DNA of 64,000 bases from Dehalococcoidia bacterium (GTDB taxonomy: Bacteria > Chloroflexota > Dehalococcoidia > DSTF01 > RBG-16-68-14): assembly GCA_040902195.1 (NCBI GenBank), contig JBBDXS010000014.1, positions 256,457-320,456 of the forward strand. The letters are read 5' to 3'. Below the pieces are notes generated by a model. It made no database searches and was not told the origin of the DNA. It worked only from the letters and a program-made list of their open reading frames with translations. Shown here piece after piece: positions 18,166-27,695 of this stretch; position 1 is the first letter of the stretch, and every line of letters starts with the position of its first letter. A program made the translations under genes and the position numbers.

Positions 18166-19259
18166 GAGGTCGATGGCGCGCTCGATCGTGGAATGAGATG
18201 GACGGCCGTCGCCTTGAACGACGCGACGACAGGCGAACCCTCAGCGAGGTCAAGCTCTTCCAACGAGCGGCGCGTGATGCTCGCGATGAGCCGGAAGCCG
18301 CAGTCGATCTCGACGCGCACCTCCGCGCCCGCGCGCGTAACGCGACGGACCGTACCGCGGAGGTGATTGCGCGCGCTGTCCGTGACATCGATGCTGCCCG
18401 GCGTAAGGACAACGTCCTCGGGCCGCAGGCAGACGAGCGCCTCGGCAGCCGCGAAGCCGCCGGCGGCCGCCTCGACCTGCGCATCGCCGACCTGGAGCAC
18501 CACGATGCCGTCGGCCGCGCGCACGACATGCCCCGGCGCAACGGTCTCGACGCCGACGTAAGCTGCGACCGTCTCGTCGGCGGGGCTCGCGAACACCTCG
18601 ACCGTCAGGCCGGCCTGGCGCAAGCGGCCCTCCGCGATGATCGCGACGCGCGTCGCCAGACGCGCCGCCTCGTCCCGGTCGTGCGTGACGAAGACAGCCG
18701 TCACGCCGGTCTCATGAAGCACACTCGCCAGCTCATCGAGCAGCGACTCGCGCGTCGGCTGATCGAGCGCGGAGAACGGCTCATCGAGGAGCAGCACCTC
18801 CGGCTCGAGCGCGAAGGCGCGAGCGAGCGAGACGCGCTGCGCCTCGCCGCCCGAGAGCTTGCGCGCCGAACGCGGCGCGAGGGCAGCGATACCGAAGCGC
18901 GCGAGCCAGCGACGCGTGCGCTCGTGTCGATCGCGGCGCGGCACGCCTCGCAGCGCGAGACCCAGCTCCGCGTTCGAGAGCACGGAGCGGTCGAGCAGCA
19001 GCGACTCCTGAAAGACCGCCGCCATGCGCCGGCGCAGCGCGAGCTCCCGTCCCGCGACGGGCTCGCCTTCGAAAAGCACGTCGCCCCGCGCCGGCCGTTC
19101 GAGCAGGCCGAGGACGTGGAGCAGCGTGCTCTTGCCCGCGCCGTTCGGGCCGAGCACGCCGAGCACCTCGCCCGGGAGCACGTCAAGCTGCTCGACGCGG
19201 AGGACCTCCGCGTCGCCGCGGCGGACGATGACGTCTCGCAGCGAGAGCTTGGCTGTCAC
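18156..19259 (-). CDS. tupC: Tungstate/molybdate ABC transporter ATP-binding protein with C-terminal TOBE/Mop domain
   Basis: Walker A GPNGAGKST, signature LSGGEAQRV, Walker B LLLDEPFSALD, then a TOBE-like tail. GTG 19259 overlaps the permease stop (GTGA). Confidence 0.85.
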   Translation of the reverse strand: MTAKLSLRDVIVRRGDAEVLRVEQLDVLPGEVLGVLGPNGAGKSTLLHVLGLLERPARGDVLFEGEPVAGRELALRRRMAAVFQESLLLDRSVLSNAELGLALRGVPRRDRHERTRRWLARFGIAALAPRSARKLSGGEAQRVSLARAFALEPEVLLLDEPFSALDQPTRESLLDELASVLHETGVTAVFVTHDRDEAARLATRVAIIAEGRLRQAGLTVEVFASPADETVAAYVGVETVAPGHVVRAADGIVVLQVGDAQVEAAAGGFAAAEALVCLRPEDVVLTPGSIDVTDSARNHLRGTVRRVTRAGAEVRVEIDCGFRLIASITRRSLEELDLAEGSPVVASFKATAVHLIPRSSAPSTSSS

Positions 19260-19954
19260 GAGCGCCGCTCGCGCTGCTGGACGGTGGTCAGGACACCCAC
19301 GACGAGCAGGATGAGGACGAGCAGGATGAACGACAGCGCCATCGCGACGTCCAGATTGCCCTTGGAGACTTCCAGGACAACCGCCGTCGTGAGGACGCGC
19401 GTATCCCCCGCGAGGTTGCCTCCCACCATGAGGGACGCACCGACCTCCGAGACCGCGGCGCCGAAGCCCGCCATGATCGCCGCGAAGAGCGGCAGACGCG
19501 CCTCGATGAGGACGAGCCAGAGCATCTGGAGGCGCGAGGCGCCGAGCGCGTAGAGCTGCGGGCGCAGGCGCGGCGGCAGCGCGCCGAGCGCGGCGAGCGA
19601 GAAGCCGGTGACGAGCGGCGTCGCGATGACGACCTGCGCGATGATCATGGCGCCCGGCGTGTAGATGAGGTGGAGCTGCCCGAACGGCCCGCTGCGCCAC
19701 AACATGACTGCGACGATGAGCCCGACGACGACGGGAGGCAGGCCCATGCCGGTGTTCACGAGCGTGACGGCGAGGTTGCGCCCCGGAAAGCGCCGGAACG
19801 CCAGCAGCGCGCCGGCGCCAATGCCGAGCACAAGCGCGATCGCCGTGGCGGAGCCAGAGATGTACAGCGAGCGAAACGTGATCTCCCAGACGCCCTCGTC
19901 GCCGGTGATGAGGATGCGCACGGCTTCGCGGATGCCGTCCCAGACCAGATCCAT
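19256..19954 (-). CDS. tupB: Tungstate ABC transporter permease
   Basis: Five or six TM segments and an EAA-like loop. AAAGGAG lies 9 nt upstream of ATG 19954. Operon context with tupA and tupC. Confidence 0.85.
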   Translation of the reverse strand: MDLVWDGIREAVRILITGDEGVWEITFRSLYISGSATAIALVLGIGAGALLAFRRFPGRNLAVTLVNTGMGLPPVVVGLIVAVMLWRSGPFGQLHLIYTPGAMIIAQVVIATPLVTGFSLAALGALPPRLRPQLYALGASRLQMLWLVLIEARLPLFAAIMAGFGAAVSEVGASLMVGGNLAGDTRVLTTAVVLEVSKGNLDVAMALSFILLVLILLVVGVLTTVQQRERRS

Positions 19955-20004
19955 GTCAGTGTGCTCCTTTCGGAGGGATCGCAAGCATGATACGGGACGC
20001 GACG

Positions 20005-20877
20005 CTAGGAGCCCGGCTCCGGCTTACCGGCGTCCGGCACGAAGAGCGGCTCGCCGTAGTCGTCGACACCGAACTCACCGATCGTCGCCTGCGTATCGGA
20101 CGCGACCATGAAACCGACGAAGTCGGCGGCGCCCTGGTCGTTCAGGTCGTCGAAGTTGTCGGGATTGACCTGGATCACGTGATAGATATTGAGCAACCTC
20201 GCATCGCCCTCACCGAGGACCTCGAGGTCGAGGCTGTCCTGCGTGGCGAGGAACGTCGCGCGGTCCGAGAGCGTGTAGCCGTTCTTCTGGTTCGCGACCT
20301 GGAGCGTTGCGCCCATGCCTTGCCCCGTCTCCTCGTACCAGGACTGGCCTGCCGGATCGATGCCCGCCGCCTCCCAGACCTGCAGCTCGCGGGCGTTCGT
20401 GCCGGAGTCGTCGCCGCGGCTGATGAAGGGAGCGCCCGCCTCCGCGATCGCAGCGAAGGCGCCGGCGGCGGTCGACGCGTCCGCAACGCCGGCCGGGTCG
20501 TCCGCGGGGCCGACGATGACGAAGTCGTTGTGCATGACAGGCTGGCGGTTGATGCCGTCGCCGGCGTCCATGAAATCCTGCTCCGCGCCGGGCGAGTGGA
20601 CGAGCAGCACGTCGGCGTCGCCGCGCTCGCCCATGGCGAGCGCCTCGCCGCTGCCGACGGCGATCACCTTGACGTTGTAGTCGTACTGGTCCTCGAACTG
20701 TGGCACGAGGACGTCGAGCAGACCACTGTCCTGCGTGCTCGTCGTCGTCGCGAGGATCAACTCGTCCTTGCTGCTGCCGCAGGCGCCCGCCAGGAGCAGC
20801 AACGCCAACGCGACAAGCAGCACTGTGCCACGATATGTCCGTGCCAGCATATCGCGGCCAAACAAAAGACTAGTCAT
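20005..20877 (-). CDS. tupA: Tungstate ABC transporter substrate-binding lipoprotein
   Basis: Lipobox LLLAGAC followed by LATTTSTQDSGLLD, the TupA-type anion-binding motif. Alternative start at 20850. Confidence 0.85.
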   Translation of the reverse strand: MTSLLFGRDMLARTYRGTVLLVALALLLLAGACGSSKDELILATTTSTQDSGLLDVLVPQFEDQYDYNVKVIAVGSGEALAMGERGDADVLLVHSPGAEQDFMDAGDGINRQPVMHNDFVIVGPADDPAGVADASTAAGAFAAIAEAGAPFISRGDDSGTNARELQVWEAAGIDPAGQSWYEETGQGMGATLQVANQKNGYTLSDRATFLATQDSLDLEVLGEGDARLLNIYHVIQVNPDNFDDLNDQGAADFVGFMVASDTQATIGEFGVDDYGEPLFVPDAGKPEPGS

Positions 20878-21250
20878 CGAACACCTCTTGAAACTCCTTC
20901 TCCAGGTCCGTTTCCATGCGACGCCGGAGACGCTGGTAGAGCGCGAGCAGGCGCTCCCCCTGTTGTGTGAGGCGGCTCCCACCACCGCCCGCGCCGCCGG
21001 CCTCGCTCTGCACAAGCTTTACGCCGAGGTTGCGCTCGATCTCGCGCACCTTGCCCCAGGCGCGCCGGTACGAAAGCCCCATACGCTGCGCCGCCTCCGT
21101 GAGCGAGCCCGTCTCATCGATATGGCGCAGGAGCTGCGCGCGGTAATCGCTGAAGACCAGCAGGCCGTCGCGCTCCACCCAGAGCTTGATGCGCGGCTCC
21201 AGGTCGTAGCGCTCGCCGCGGGGACGCCGGGGCTCGGCTCGTACGGGCAT
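20870..21250 (-). CDS. ModE N-terminal-like winged-helix regulator (molybdate/tungstate responsive)
   Basis: LLRHIDETGSLTEAAQRMGLSYRRAWGKVREIERNLG is the ModE/LysR-type HTH pattern. No Mop domains. First gene of the tup operon. Confidence 0.75.
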   Translation of the reverse strand: MPVRAEPRRPRGERYDLEPRIKLWVERDGLLVFSDYRAQLLRHIDETGSLTEAAQRMGLSYRRAWGKVREIERNLGVKLVQSEAGGAGGGGSRLTQQGERLLALYQRLRRRMETDLEKEFQEVFDD

Positions 21251-21359
21251 GGCGGAATTGTGTGATGTTGGCGACCCCGCGTCAAGCTGAGGCTTCGACG
21301 TTCGAGGTCCCGAAGGTCGACGCCAGCCTGGCAGATGCCTCCGATACAATACCTGCGTC

Positions 21360-22496
21360 ATGGCCGCCCGAGACGAGTTCGAGTCCGCAACCGAGAACAC
21401 AGAGCTAGCCAGCCTGCTGCGCCGCCGCATCGACGCCGAGGGCGCGATCACGTTCCATGACTTCATGGAGACGGCGCTCTACCACCCGGCGCTGGGCTAC
21501 TACGCCTCGCGACAGCCGATGGGCCGCGAAGGCGACTATCTGACCAGCCCGGAGGTCTCCTCCATCTTCGGCGCGGTGGCCGGCCGCCAGCTCGAACAGC
21601 TCTGGCAGGCCATGGGACGTCCGCAACGCTTCGAAGTCGTCGAGCAGGGCGCGGGCACGGGACGCATGGCGCGCGACATCGTACGCTGGGCGGCGCAGCG
21701 AGAGCTTGGCCCAGCGCTGCGCTATCGCATCGTGGAGATCAGCGCTGAGCTGCGCCGTCGCCAGGAGGAGACGCTCGCGGGCGTAAGCGGCGTCGTGTGG
21801 CTCGACGCGCTGCCGGACGCAATCGACGGCGTCGTGCTCACGAACGAGCTGCTCGATAGCTTTCCCGTACATCGCGTCGTGCGCCGAGAGACGGGGCTTC
21901 AGGAGCTGTACGTCGCGAACAGCGAGGGGCAGTTCGATTGGCAGGCCGGGCCCCTGTCGACGCCGCGCATCGCGGAGTATTTTGACGCGCTAGGCTTGCT
22001 GCCGGGCGTCGATTGCGCCGCGGAGGTGAACCTCCACGCGCTCGATTGGATGAAGGACGTCTCGTCGCGGCTCCGGCGCGGCTTCGTGCTGACGTTCGAC
22101 TACGGATATCCGGCGCCGGAGCTGTACGCGCCGTGGCGCAAGGACGGCACGCTGCTCTGCTTTTACCACCACAACGCCAGCGGCGACGCGTTCGCGCGCG
22201 TGGGGAAGCAAGACATGACGTCGCACGTCGACTTCACGACGCTCATTCGCACCGGCGCGGAGCATGGGCTAAAGGTCGCAGGTTTCACGACGCAGTCGCG
22301 CTTTCTCGCGAACCTCGGCGCCGGCGACGCTATCGGCGCAGTCGCGCGCGAGTCGCCCGACGCGCTGGAGGAGTACTACGCGCGACGGCGCGCCGTGCAG
22401 GAGCTGATCGATCCCGCGGGGCTAGGGCGCGTCCGCGTCCTGCTGCAGCGCAAAGGCGTCGAGGCGGCGGAGCTGCCTGGCTTTCGTGATGAGTAA
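21360..22496 (+). CDS. SAM-dependent methyltransferase, MidA/NDUFAF7 (DUF185) family
   Basis: ITFHDFMETALYHPALGYY, FLTSPE-like YLTSPEVSSIFG, and NELLDSFPVH. Confidence 0.8.
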   Translation: MAARDEFESATENTELASLLRRRIDAEGAITFHDFMETALYHPALGYYASRQPMGREGDYLTSPEVSSIFGAVAGRQLEQLWQAMGRPQRFEVVEQGAGTGRMARDIVRWAAQRELGPALRYRIVEISAELRRRQEETLAGVSGVVWLDALPDAIDGVVLTNELLDSFPVHRVVRRETGLQELYVANSEGQFDWQAGPLSTPRIAEYFDALGLLPGVDCAAEVNLHALDWMKDVSSRLRRGFVLTFDYGYPAPELYAPWRKDGTLLCFYHHNASGDAFARVGKQDMTSHVDFTTLIRTGAEHGLKVAGFTTQSRFLANLGAGDAIGAVARESPDALEEYYARRRAVQELIDPAGLGRVRVLLQRKGVEAAELPGFRDE

Positions 22497-22947
22497 CCCC
22501 GGCGCTCGCGCGCCCGACTTCTCGCTGCCGGGCATCGACGGAGAGGTGCGGCTGAGGGAACACCTCGAGCGTGGGCCGGTACTGCTGGCGTTCTACTTCG
22601 AGGACGCGACGCCTGCGTGTTCGGTCGAGGTAGCGTCGCTGAAGGACATCTACGACGCCGTGCGAGAGGTGGGGGCCGACGTGATCGCCGTGAGCGCGGA
22701 CAGTGTCGAGTCGCACCGGGCGTTCGCAGCGCGGTTGGGCGGCGTGCCGTTCGCGCTGGCGTCGGACGCAGAGCTGGAGGCCGCGCGCGCGTACGATGCC
22801 GTCGCGGAGGACGACCCGCGACGCGCGCGACGCGCGCTGTTCGTTATCGATCCGGACGGAACGGTGCGGTATGCGGCGAACCCATACAGCCCGAACAGCC
22901 TGGCGCAGCTCGAGGGCGCGTTGCGCGCGTTGGGGTTGGAGATATGA
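22486..22947 (+). CDS. Peroxiredoxin (AhpC/TSA, Bcp-like)
   Basis: APDFSLPG...LLAFYFEDATPACSVE retains the peroxidatic T-x-x-C motif. Confidence 0.75.
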   Translation: MMSNPGARAPDFSLPGIDGEVRLREHLERGPVLLAFYFEDATPACSVEVASLKDIYDAVREVGADVIAVSADSVESHRAFAARLGGVPFALASDAELEAARAYDAVAEDDPRRARRALFVIDPDGTVRYAANPYSPNSLAQLEGALRALGLEI

Positions 22948-22979
22948 CGATGCCATGCCCCACCCCCGAGGCGAAGCAA

Positions 22980-23078
22980 GGTTTTCTTGCCCACCCGCCC
23001 GCCCAGAAAAGTTGGAGAGTCTGGGGGGACACCCCCCACACCCCCCGGCAGAGGGGTCCCACCCCTCTGCACTCCCGG
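22980..23078 (+). repeat. Dispersed ~97-nt repeat family C, copy 1 (ends in hairpin CAGAGGGG-N5-CCCCTCTG)
   Basis: Aligns with 50264-50359: CTTSCCCACCCGCCC...AGAAAGTTG...GGGGGACACCCCC...CCCCCGGCAGAGGGG-loop-CCCCTCTGCACTCCC. Confidence 0.85.
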
Positions 23079-23113
23079 GCACGGCAGGCCCATTTGCATC
23101 CAGGCGAGTCGCA

Positions 23114-23497
23114 ATGACAGGCGAAGGCTACTCCGACGTCGTCATGGACCACTTCGAGCGGCCGCGCAACAACGGCCCGCTCGATGACGCGAACGCCGTC
23201 GGCTACATGACCAATCCCGTTTGCGGCGACACGCTGCTGCTGATGCTGCGCATCCGCGACGGGCGTATCGAGGAGGCGCGCTGGCAGTCGGACGGCTGCG
23301 CGGCGTCGATCGCGGCGAGCAGCCTCGTGAGCGAGCTGGTCCGCGACGCGACGCTGGAGGAGGCGGCGTCGATTTCGCGAGAGCGCGTCGTGGATGAGCT
23401 GGGCGGCCTCCCCGCGAGCAAGCTGCACGCCTCCGTACTGGCGGCGGACGCGCTCGACCGCGCGCTGGCGGACTGGCGGGAGAAAGAGGCCCCCTAA
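23114..23497 (+). CDS. Fe-S cluster assembly scaffold (IscU/SufU/NifU N-terminal type)
   Basis: DHFERPRN, NPVCGD, DGCAASIA and a distal H. The three Cys ligands are in canonical spacing. Confidence 0.8.
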   Translation: MTGEGYSDVVMDHFERPRNNGPLDDANAVGYMTNPVCGDTLLLMLRIRDGRIEEARWQSDGCAASIAASSLVSELVRDATLEEAASISRERVVDELGGLPASKLHASVLAADALDRALADWREKEAP

Positions 23498-23540
23498 CCT
23501 TCACGTGCGCGTCCGGGTGCGCTAGAATGCCCCCGCACCT

Positions 23541-24413
23541 ATGCGTCGATTCGAGTACTTCGCGCCCCAATCGCTTGCCGAGGCCGTCGCGCTCCTGCGC
23601 GAACGTGGCGACGGCGTGCGCGTCCTGGCCGGCGGGACCGACCTGGTCGTGCAGATCAAGGAAGCCGGGCTGCATCCGAGCGCGGTCGTCAGCCTCCATG
23701 CGCTGGACGAGCTGCGCGGCATCACGGGCGACGCCGCGAGCGGGCTGCGCATCGGCGCGCGCGCGCTCATGTCGGAGATCGAGGCCCATCCCGTCGTGCG
23801 CGAGCGCTATACGGCGCTGTCGGACGGAGCGGGCGTCGTCGGCTCCGTGCAGACGCGCAACCTGGCGACGCTGGGCGGGAACGTCTGCAACGCGGCGCCG
23901 TCGGCGGACACATCGCCCGCGCTCGTCGTGCTCGATGCCGTCGCGGAGATCGCCGGTGCGAACGGCACGCGCGAGGTCGCGGTGCAGGACATCGGCACGG
24001 GCCCGGGCGCGACATCGCTCGCGAAGGATGAGATCGCCGTCGCATTTCGCTTACCTCCGCTGCCGGCAACGACCGGCAGCGTCTACCAACGACACACGCC
24101 GCGCAAGATTATGGACATCGCGGCCGTAGGCGTCGCCGTGCGGCTCACGCTCGCCGGCGACGCGATCGCAGAGGCGCGTATCTGTTTGGGCGCCGTCGCG
24201 CCGACGATCATCCGCGTCCCGGACGTGGAGCAAGCGCTCGCCGGACAACAGCCGTCCGACGAGCTGTTCGCGCGCGCCGCGGAGCTGGCGCAGGCGGCCG
24301 CGCGGCCGATCTCAGACACGCGCGGCTCGGCGGAGTTCCGCCGCTACCTCGTCGGCGTGATGATGAATCGATGCCTGGGCATCGCGCTCGAGCGGGCACG
24401 GGCAGGTTCGTAA
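23541..24413 (+). CDS. Xanthine dehydrogenase family, FAD-binding medium subunit (CoxM/CutM-like)
   Basis: FEYFAPQSLAEAVALL...VLAGGTDLV...ATLGGNVCNAAPSAD are FAD_binding_5 signatures. Confidence 0.85.
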   Translation: MRRFEYFAPQSLAEAVALLRERGDGVRVLAGGTDLVVQIKEAGLHPSAVVSLHALDELRGITGDAASGLRIGARALMSEIEAHPVVRERYTALSDGAGVVGSVQTRNLATLGGNVCNAAPSADTSPALVVLDAVAEIAGANGTREVAVQDIGTGPGATSLAKDEIAVAFRLPPLPATTGSVYQRHTPRKIMDIAAVGVAVRLTLAGDAIAEARICLGAVAPTIIRVPDVEQALAGQQPSDELFARAAELAQAAARPISDTRGSAEFRRYLVGVMMNRCLGIALERARAGS

Positions 24414-25258
24414 TGGGCACGTTCAGCGTCGAGATCGAGATTGGAGATCCGCAGGGCGAACGGTGGGAGTCCATCGTTGCGACCGTGGACACCGGCTCGC
24501 TCTACACGGTCGCCCCGCGGGCAATGCTTGAGCGTTTGGGCGTCCGTCCGCACCGGCGAGACCGCTTCGCCACGGCCGATGGCCGCGTCTTCGAGGAAGA
24601 CGTTGGCCAGACCTGGATTCGGGCTGCTGGCAGGAGCGGAATCCGCATGGTCGCTTTCGGCGGTGATTCTTCGGAAGCGATCCTTGGCGCCGACGCGATG
24701 GAGGGTCTGATGCTAGCACCGGATCCGGTGAATAAGAAGCTTGTTGAGGTAGAGGCTAGTCCCCGGTTCACAAGGACACTGGTGGAACGCATGCAAAAGC
24801 TGTCGATCACGTACAAGATCAACGGCACGGCACGCGAAGCCGACGTCGAGCCGAACATGACGCTGCTCGAGGCCGTACGCGACGTGCTGCGCCTCACCGG
24901 CGCGAAGGAAGGCTGCGGCACGGGCGACTGCGGCGCGTGCTCGATGATCGTCGACGGACGGCTCGTCACGTCGTGCCTCGTGCTCGCCCCTCAGGCCGAC
25001 GGCGCGGAGATCACCACGATCGAGGGCCTCGCGCAGAACGGCACGCTCCATCCCGTCCAGCAGTCGTTCATCGATCGGGGTGCGGTGCAGTGCGGATTCT
25101 GCATCCCGGGCATGGTCCTGGCCGGCAAGAACCTGCTCGATCACAACCCCAGGCCATCCGAGCATGAGATCCGCGCCGCGATCGCCGGCAACCTCTGCCG
25201 TTGCACCGGCTATACGAAGATCGTCGAGGCGATCGCCGCGGCGGCGAACGCGACGTAA
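24413..25258 (+). CDS. Single ORF: retropepsin-like aspartic protease domain (24413-~24760) in frame with the [2Fe-2S] small subunit
   Basis: ATG 24413 overlaps the upstream TAA (TAATG). IVATVDTGSLYTVAP...LGADAMEGLMLAPDP fits a clan-AA standalone protease. No stop codon precedes the CoxS-like part. Confidence 0.55.
   Translation: MGTFSVEIEIGDPQGERWESIVATVDTGSLYTVAPRAMLERLGVRPHRRDRFATADGRVFEEDVGQTWIRAAGRSGIRMVAFGGDSSEAILGADAMEGLMLAPDPVNKKLVEVEASPRFTRTLVERMQKLSITYKINGTAREADVEPNMTLLEAVRDVLRLTGAKEGCGTGDCGACSMIVDGRLVTSCLVLAPQADGAEITTIEGLAQNGTLHPVQQSFIDRGAVQCGFCIPGMVLAGKNLLDHNPRPSEHEIRAAIAGNLCRCTGYTKIVEAIAAAANAT
24791..25258 (+). CDS. Xanthine dehydrogenase family [2Fe-2S] small subunit (CoxS/CutS-like core, alternative internal start)
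   Basis: GCGTGDCGACS and CGFCIPG...CRCTGY cluster motifs. GGTGGA lies 4 nt before ATG 24791. Confidence 0.85.
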   Translation: MQKLSITYKINGTAREADVEPNMTLLEAVRDVLRLTGAKEGCGTGDCGACSMIVDGRLVTSCLVLAPQADGAEITTIEGLAQNGTLHPVQQSFIDRGAVQCGFCIPGMVLAGKNLLDHNPRPSEHEIRAAIAGNLCRCTGYTKIVEAIAAAANAT

Positions 25259-25412
25259 CCGCATGCCGTCCCGCGGCGGCGTTACGGCATGAAGACCTCG
25301 AGGCGCAAGTGCACATCACCGCCGGCGATACGGACCTTGTATGACCCGTCCGCCCAAATCCCGCGCTATCTGCGATAATAGGGAGACACTCCGCTAGCAA
25401 AGGAGCAGCGCT

Positions 25413-27692
25413 ATGACTACCTACAGGACCGTCGGCAAGCCGATTACCCGCATCGATGGGGCGCAGAAGGTTACCGGAGGCTCCGTCTACGCGGCGGATA
25501 TCCAGCTCCCCGGCATGCTGCACTGCAAGCTCCTGCGCAGCCGCTATGCTCACGCCCGCATCGTGCGCATCGACACGAGCAAGGCCGCGGCGCTCGACGG
25601 CGTCGAGCGCGTGGTTACCGCGGCCGACCTGCCGGCCGTCGAGCCGCGCCGCATGGCGAACCGTGGCTACAACCTGCTCGCGAGCGAAGAGACGGTCTTT
25701 TATGGCGAACCCATCGTCGCCGTGGTCGCGCGCGACATCGCGACGGCGGAGGACGCAATCGAGCTGGTCGAGATCGAGTACGAAGAGCTACCGGCCGTCC
25801 TGGACGTGATCGAGGCGATGAAGGAAGAGTCCCCACTCGCGCGCAAGCCTGTCGACGAGATCGACCGGTCGGAGCAGCGCGGCCACGTCAACGTCGAGAT
25901 GCAGGAGCAGGGCTCCGGCAAGCCGAGCAACGTCGTCTCGCAGGCAAAGTTCTCGCGGGGCGACATCGCGCAGAGCTTCGCTGAGGCCGACTGCGTCATC
26001 GAGCACACGTGGCGCAGCGCGATGATGCACCAGGGCTACATCGAGCCGCACGTGACGATCGCGGACTACAACATGTCGACGGGCGACCTGAACGTCTGGA
26101 CCGCGACGCAGGGCCAGTTCCACGTGCGCGACCAGATCTCCTACATGCTCAAGATCCCAGAAACGAAGGTGAACGTCATCGGCCTCGACCTGGGTGGCGG
26201 ATTTGGCGGAAAGATCTCGCTCACGCAGCCGCTCGTCGCGCAGCTCGCGCGCATGATCGGCAAGCCGGTCAAGCTCGTCTTCACGCGCACGGACGACCTG
26301 CTCGGCGCGACGCCCTCCGGCCCCTGCGTCGTCGAGCTGAAGACCGGCATGAAGAAGGACGGCTCGGTGACGGCGATCCAGGCCAAGGTCGTGTACGACA
26401 GCGGCGCCTTCCCCGGCGCGCCGGCCGTCGTCGGCGGCATCCTGATCGGTGGCTACTACAACTTCCCCAGCCTGGAGATCGAGGCGTACGAAGTGCTCAC
26501 AAACCACGTCAGCGTCGGCGCGATCCGCGCGCCTGGCGCGCACAACGTCACCTTCGCGATCGAGAGCCAGATGGACATGATGGCGCGCGAGCTCGGCCTC
26601 GATCCGCTGGAGGCGCGGCTGAAGAACGCGGTCGGCGAGGGCGACGAGATGCCGAGCAAGATGAAGTACCCCAGCATCGGGCTAAAGGAGTGTCTCGAGG
26701 CCGCGCGCAGCACGGAGCTGTGGAAGTCGCGAGGCAAGAACGGCGGCGCGAACGGCAAGAAACGCGGCGTCGGCCTCGCGATCGGCGGCTGGCTGGGCGG
26801 CCTGCAGCCCGCCGCGGCGCAGGTCGAGCTGAACGGCGACGGCACGATCACCGTCGTCGTCGGCGCGAACGACGTCACCGGCACGAACACGACGTTCGCG
26901 CAGATCGCCGCCGAGGAGTTGGGCGTGCCGCTCGAGAGCGTCAACGTCGTCACGGGCGACACGAAGACGGCGCCGTTCGCGGGCATGAGCGCCGGCAGCA
27001 AGGTCACGTTCACGGTCGGGCGCGCCGTGAAGATGGCCGCCGAGGACGCGCGTCAGCAGCTCTTCACCATCGCGGCAGAACGCCTCGAAGCCAACGAGAA
27101 CGACCTCGAGGCCGCCGAAGGCCAGGTGCGCGTGAAGGGCTCGCCCGACAAGTCGATCCCATTCCGGCGCCTCGCCGGCATGAGTACCGGCTTCGGCGCG
27201 CTGTTCGCGCCGGTCATCGGCCGCGGCGCCATCAGCGCGCGCAACCAGGCGCCCGGCTTCACGGCGCAGATCGCCGAAGTCGAGGTCGACACGGAGACGG
27301 GCGAAGTGACGGTGCTCAACTGGGCGAGCGCGCAGGACGCCGGCTTCGCGATCAACCCGCTCTCGGTCGAGGGGCAGATCCAGGGCGGCACGACACAGGC
27401 CATCGGCATCGGCCTGTGGGAGGAGATGATGTTCGACGGCGAGGGCCACCTGCGTAACGCGAGCCTGCTCGACTATCGCATGCCGACGGCGCTGGACGTG
27501 CCGAACATCGAGACGCACATCGTCGAAGTACCGTCCGAGGACGGCCCGTACGGCGCGCGCGGCATCGGCGAGCCGTCGATCATCCCGGGCGCCGCCGCGA
27601 TCGCGAACGCCGTCGAGGACGCGATCGGCGTGCGCGTGTACCAGATCCCGATCACGCCGGAGCGCATCCTGCGCGCACTCGGGAAAATCTAG
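25413..27692 (+). CDS. Xanthine dehydrogenase family molybdopterin-binding large subunit
   Basis: KVTGGSVYAADI..., GGGFGGK, IRAPGAHN, and GIGEPSIIPGAAAIANAV at the C-terminus. No AYRCSFR-type CO-dehydrogenase signature was seen. Confidence 0.9.
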   Translation: MTTYRTVGKPITRIDGAQKVTGGSVYAADIQLPGMLHCKLLRSRYAHARIVRIDTSKAAALDGVERVVTAADLPAVEPRRMANRGYNLLASEETVFYGEPIVAVVARDIATAEDAIELVEIEYEELPAVLDVIEAMKEESPLARKPVDEIDRSEQRGHVNVEMQEQGSGKPSNVVSQAKFSRGDIAQSFAEADCVIEHTWRSAMMHQGYIEPHVTIADYNMSTGDLNVWTATQGQFHVRDQISYMLKIPETKVNVIGLDLGGGFGGKISLTQPLVAQLARMIGKPVKLVFTRTDDLLGATPSGPCVVELKTGMKKDGSVTAIQAKVVYDSGAFPGAPAVVGGILIGGYYNFPSLEIEAYEVLTNHVSVGAIRAPGAHNVTFAIESQMDMMARELGLDPLEARLKNAVGEGDEMPSKMKYPSIGLKECLEAARSTELWKSRGKNGGANGKKRGVGLAIGGWLGGLQPAAAQVELNGDGTITVVVGANDVTGTNTTFAQIAAEELGVPLESVNVVTGDTKTAPFAGMSAGSKVTFTVGRAVKMAAEDARQQLFTIAAERLEANENDLEAAEGQVRVKGSPDKSIPFRRLAGMSTGFGALFAPVIGRGAISARNQAPGFTAQIAEVEVDTETGEVTVLNWASAQDAGFAINPLSVEGQIQGGTTQAIGIGLWEEMMFDGEGHLRNASLLDYRMPTALDVPNIETHIVEVPSEDGPYGARGIGEPSIIPGAAAIANAVEDAIGVRVYQIPITPERILRALGKI

Positions 27693-27695
27693 CCG

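Noticed and set aside
17622-18366. ORFs 17622..18011 and 17854..18366, and 17930..18541(-), which translate the tandem array
   Set aside because: Their sequences are just the repeat unit read in frame (repeated ...GGLKPSPTRQSRLEVRC...). They have no start context and no family resemblance.
23541-27692. Annotating the three-subunit enzyme as aerobic CO dehydrogenase (coxMSL)
   Set aside because: The gene order M-S-L fits. However, the large subunit shows IRAPGAHN where CO dehydrogenases carry the AYRCSFR or AYRGAGR loop. Only the generic xanthine-dehydrogenase-family call is supported.
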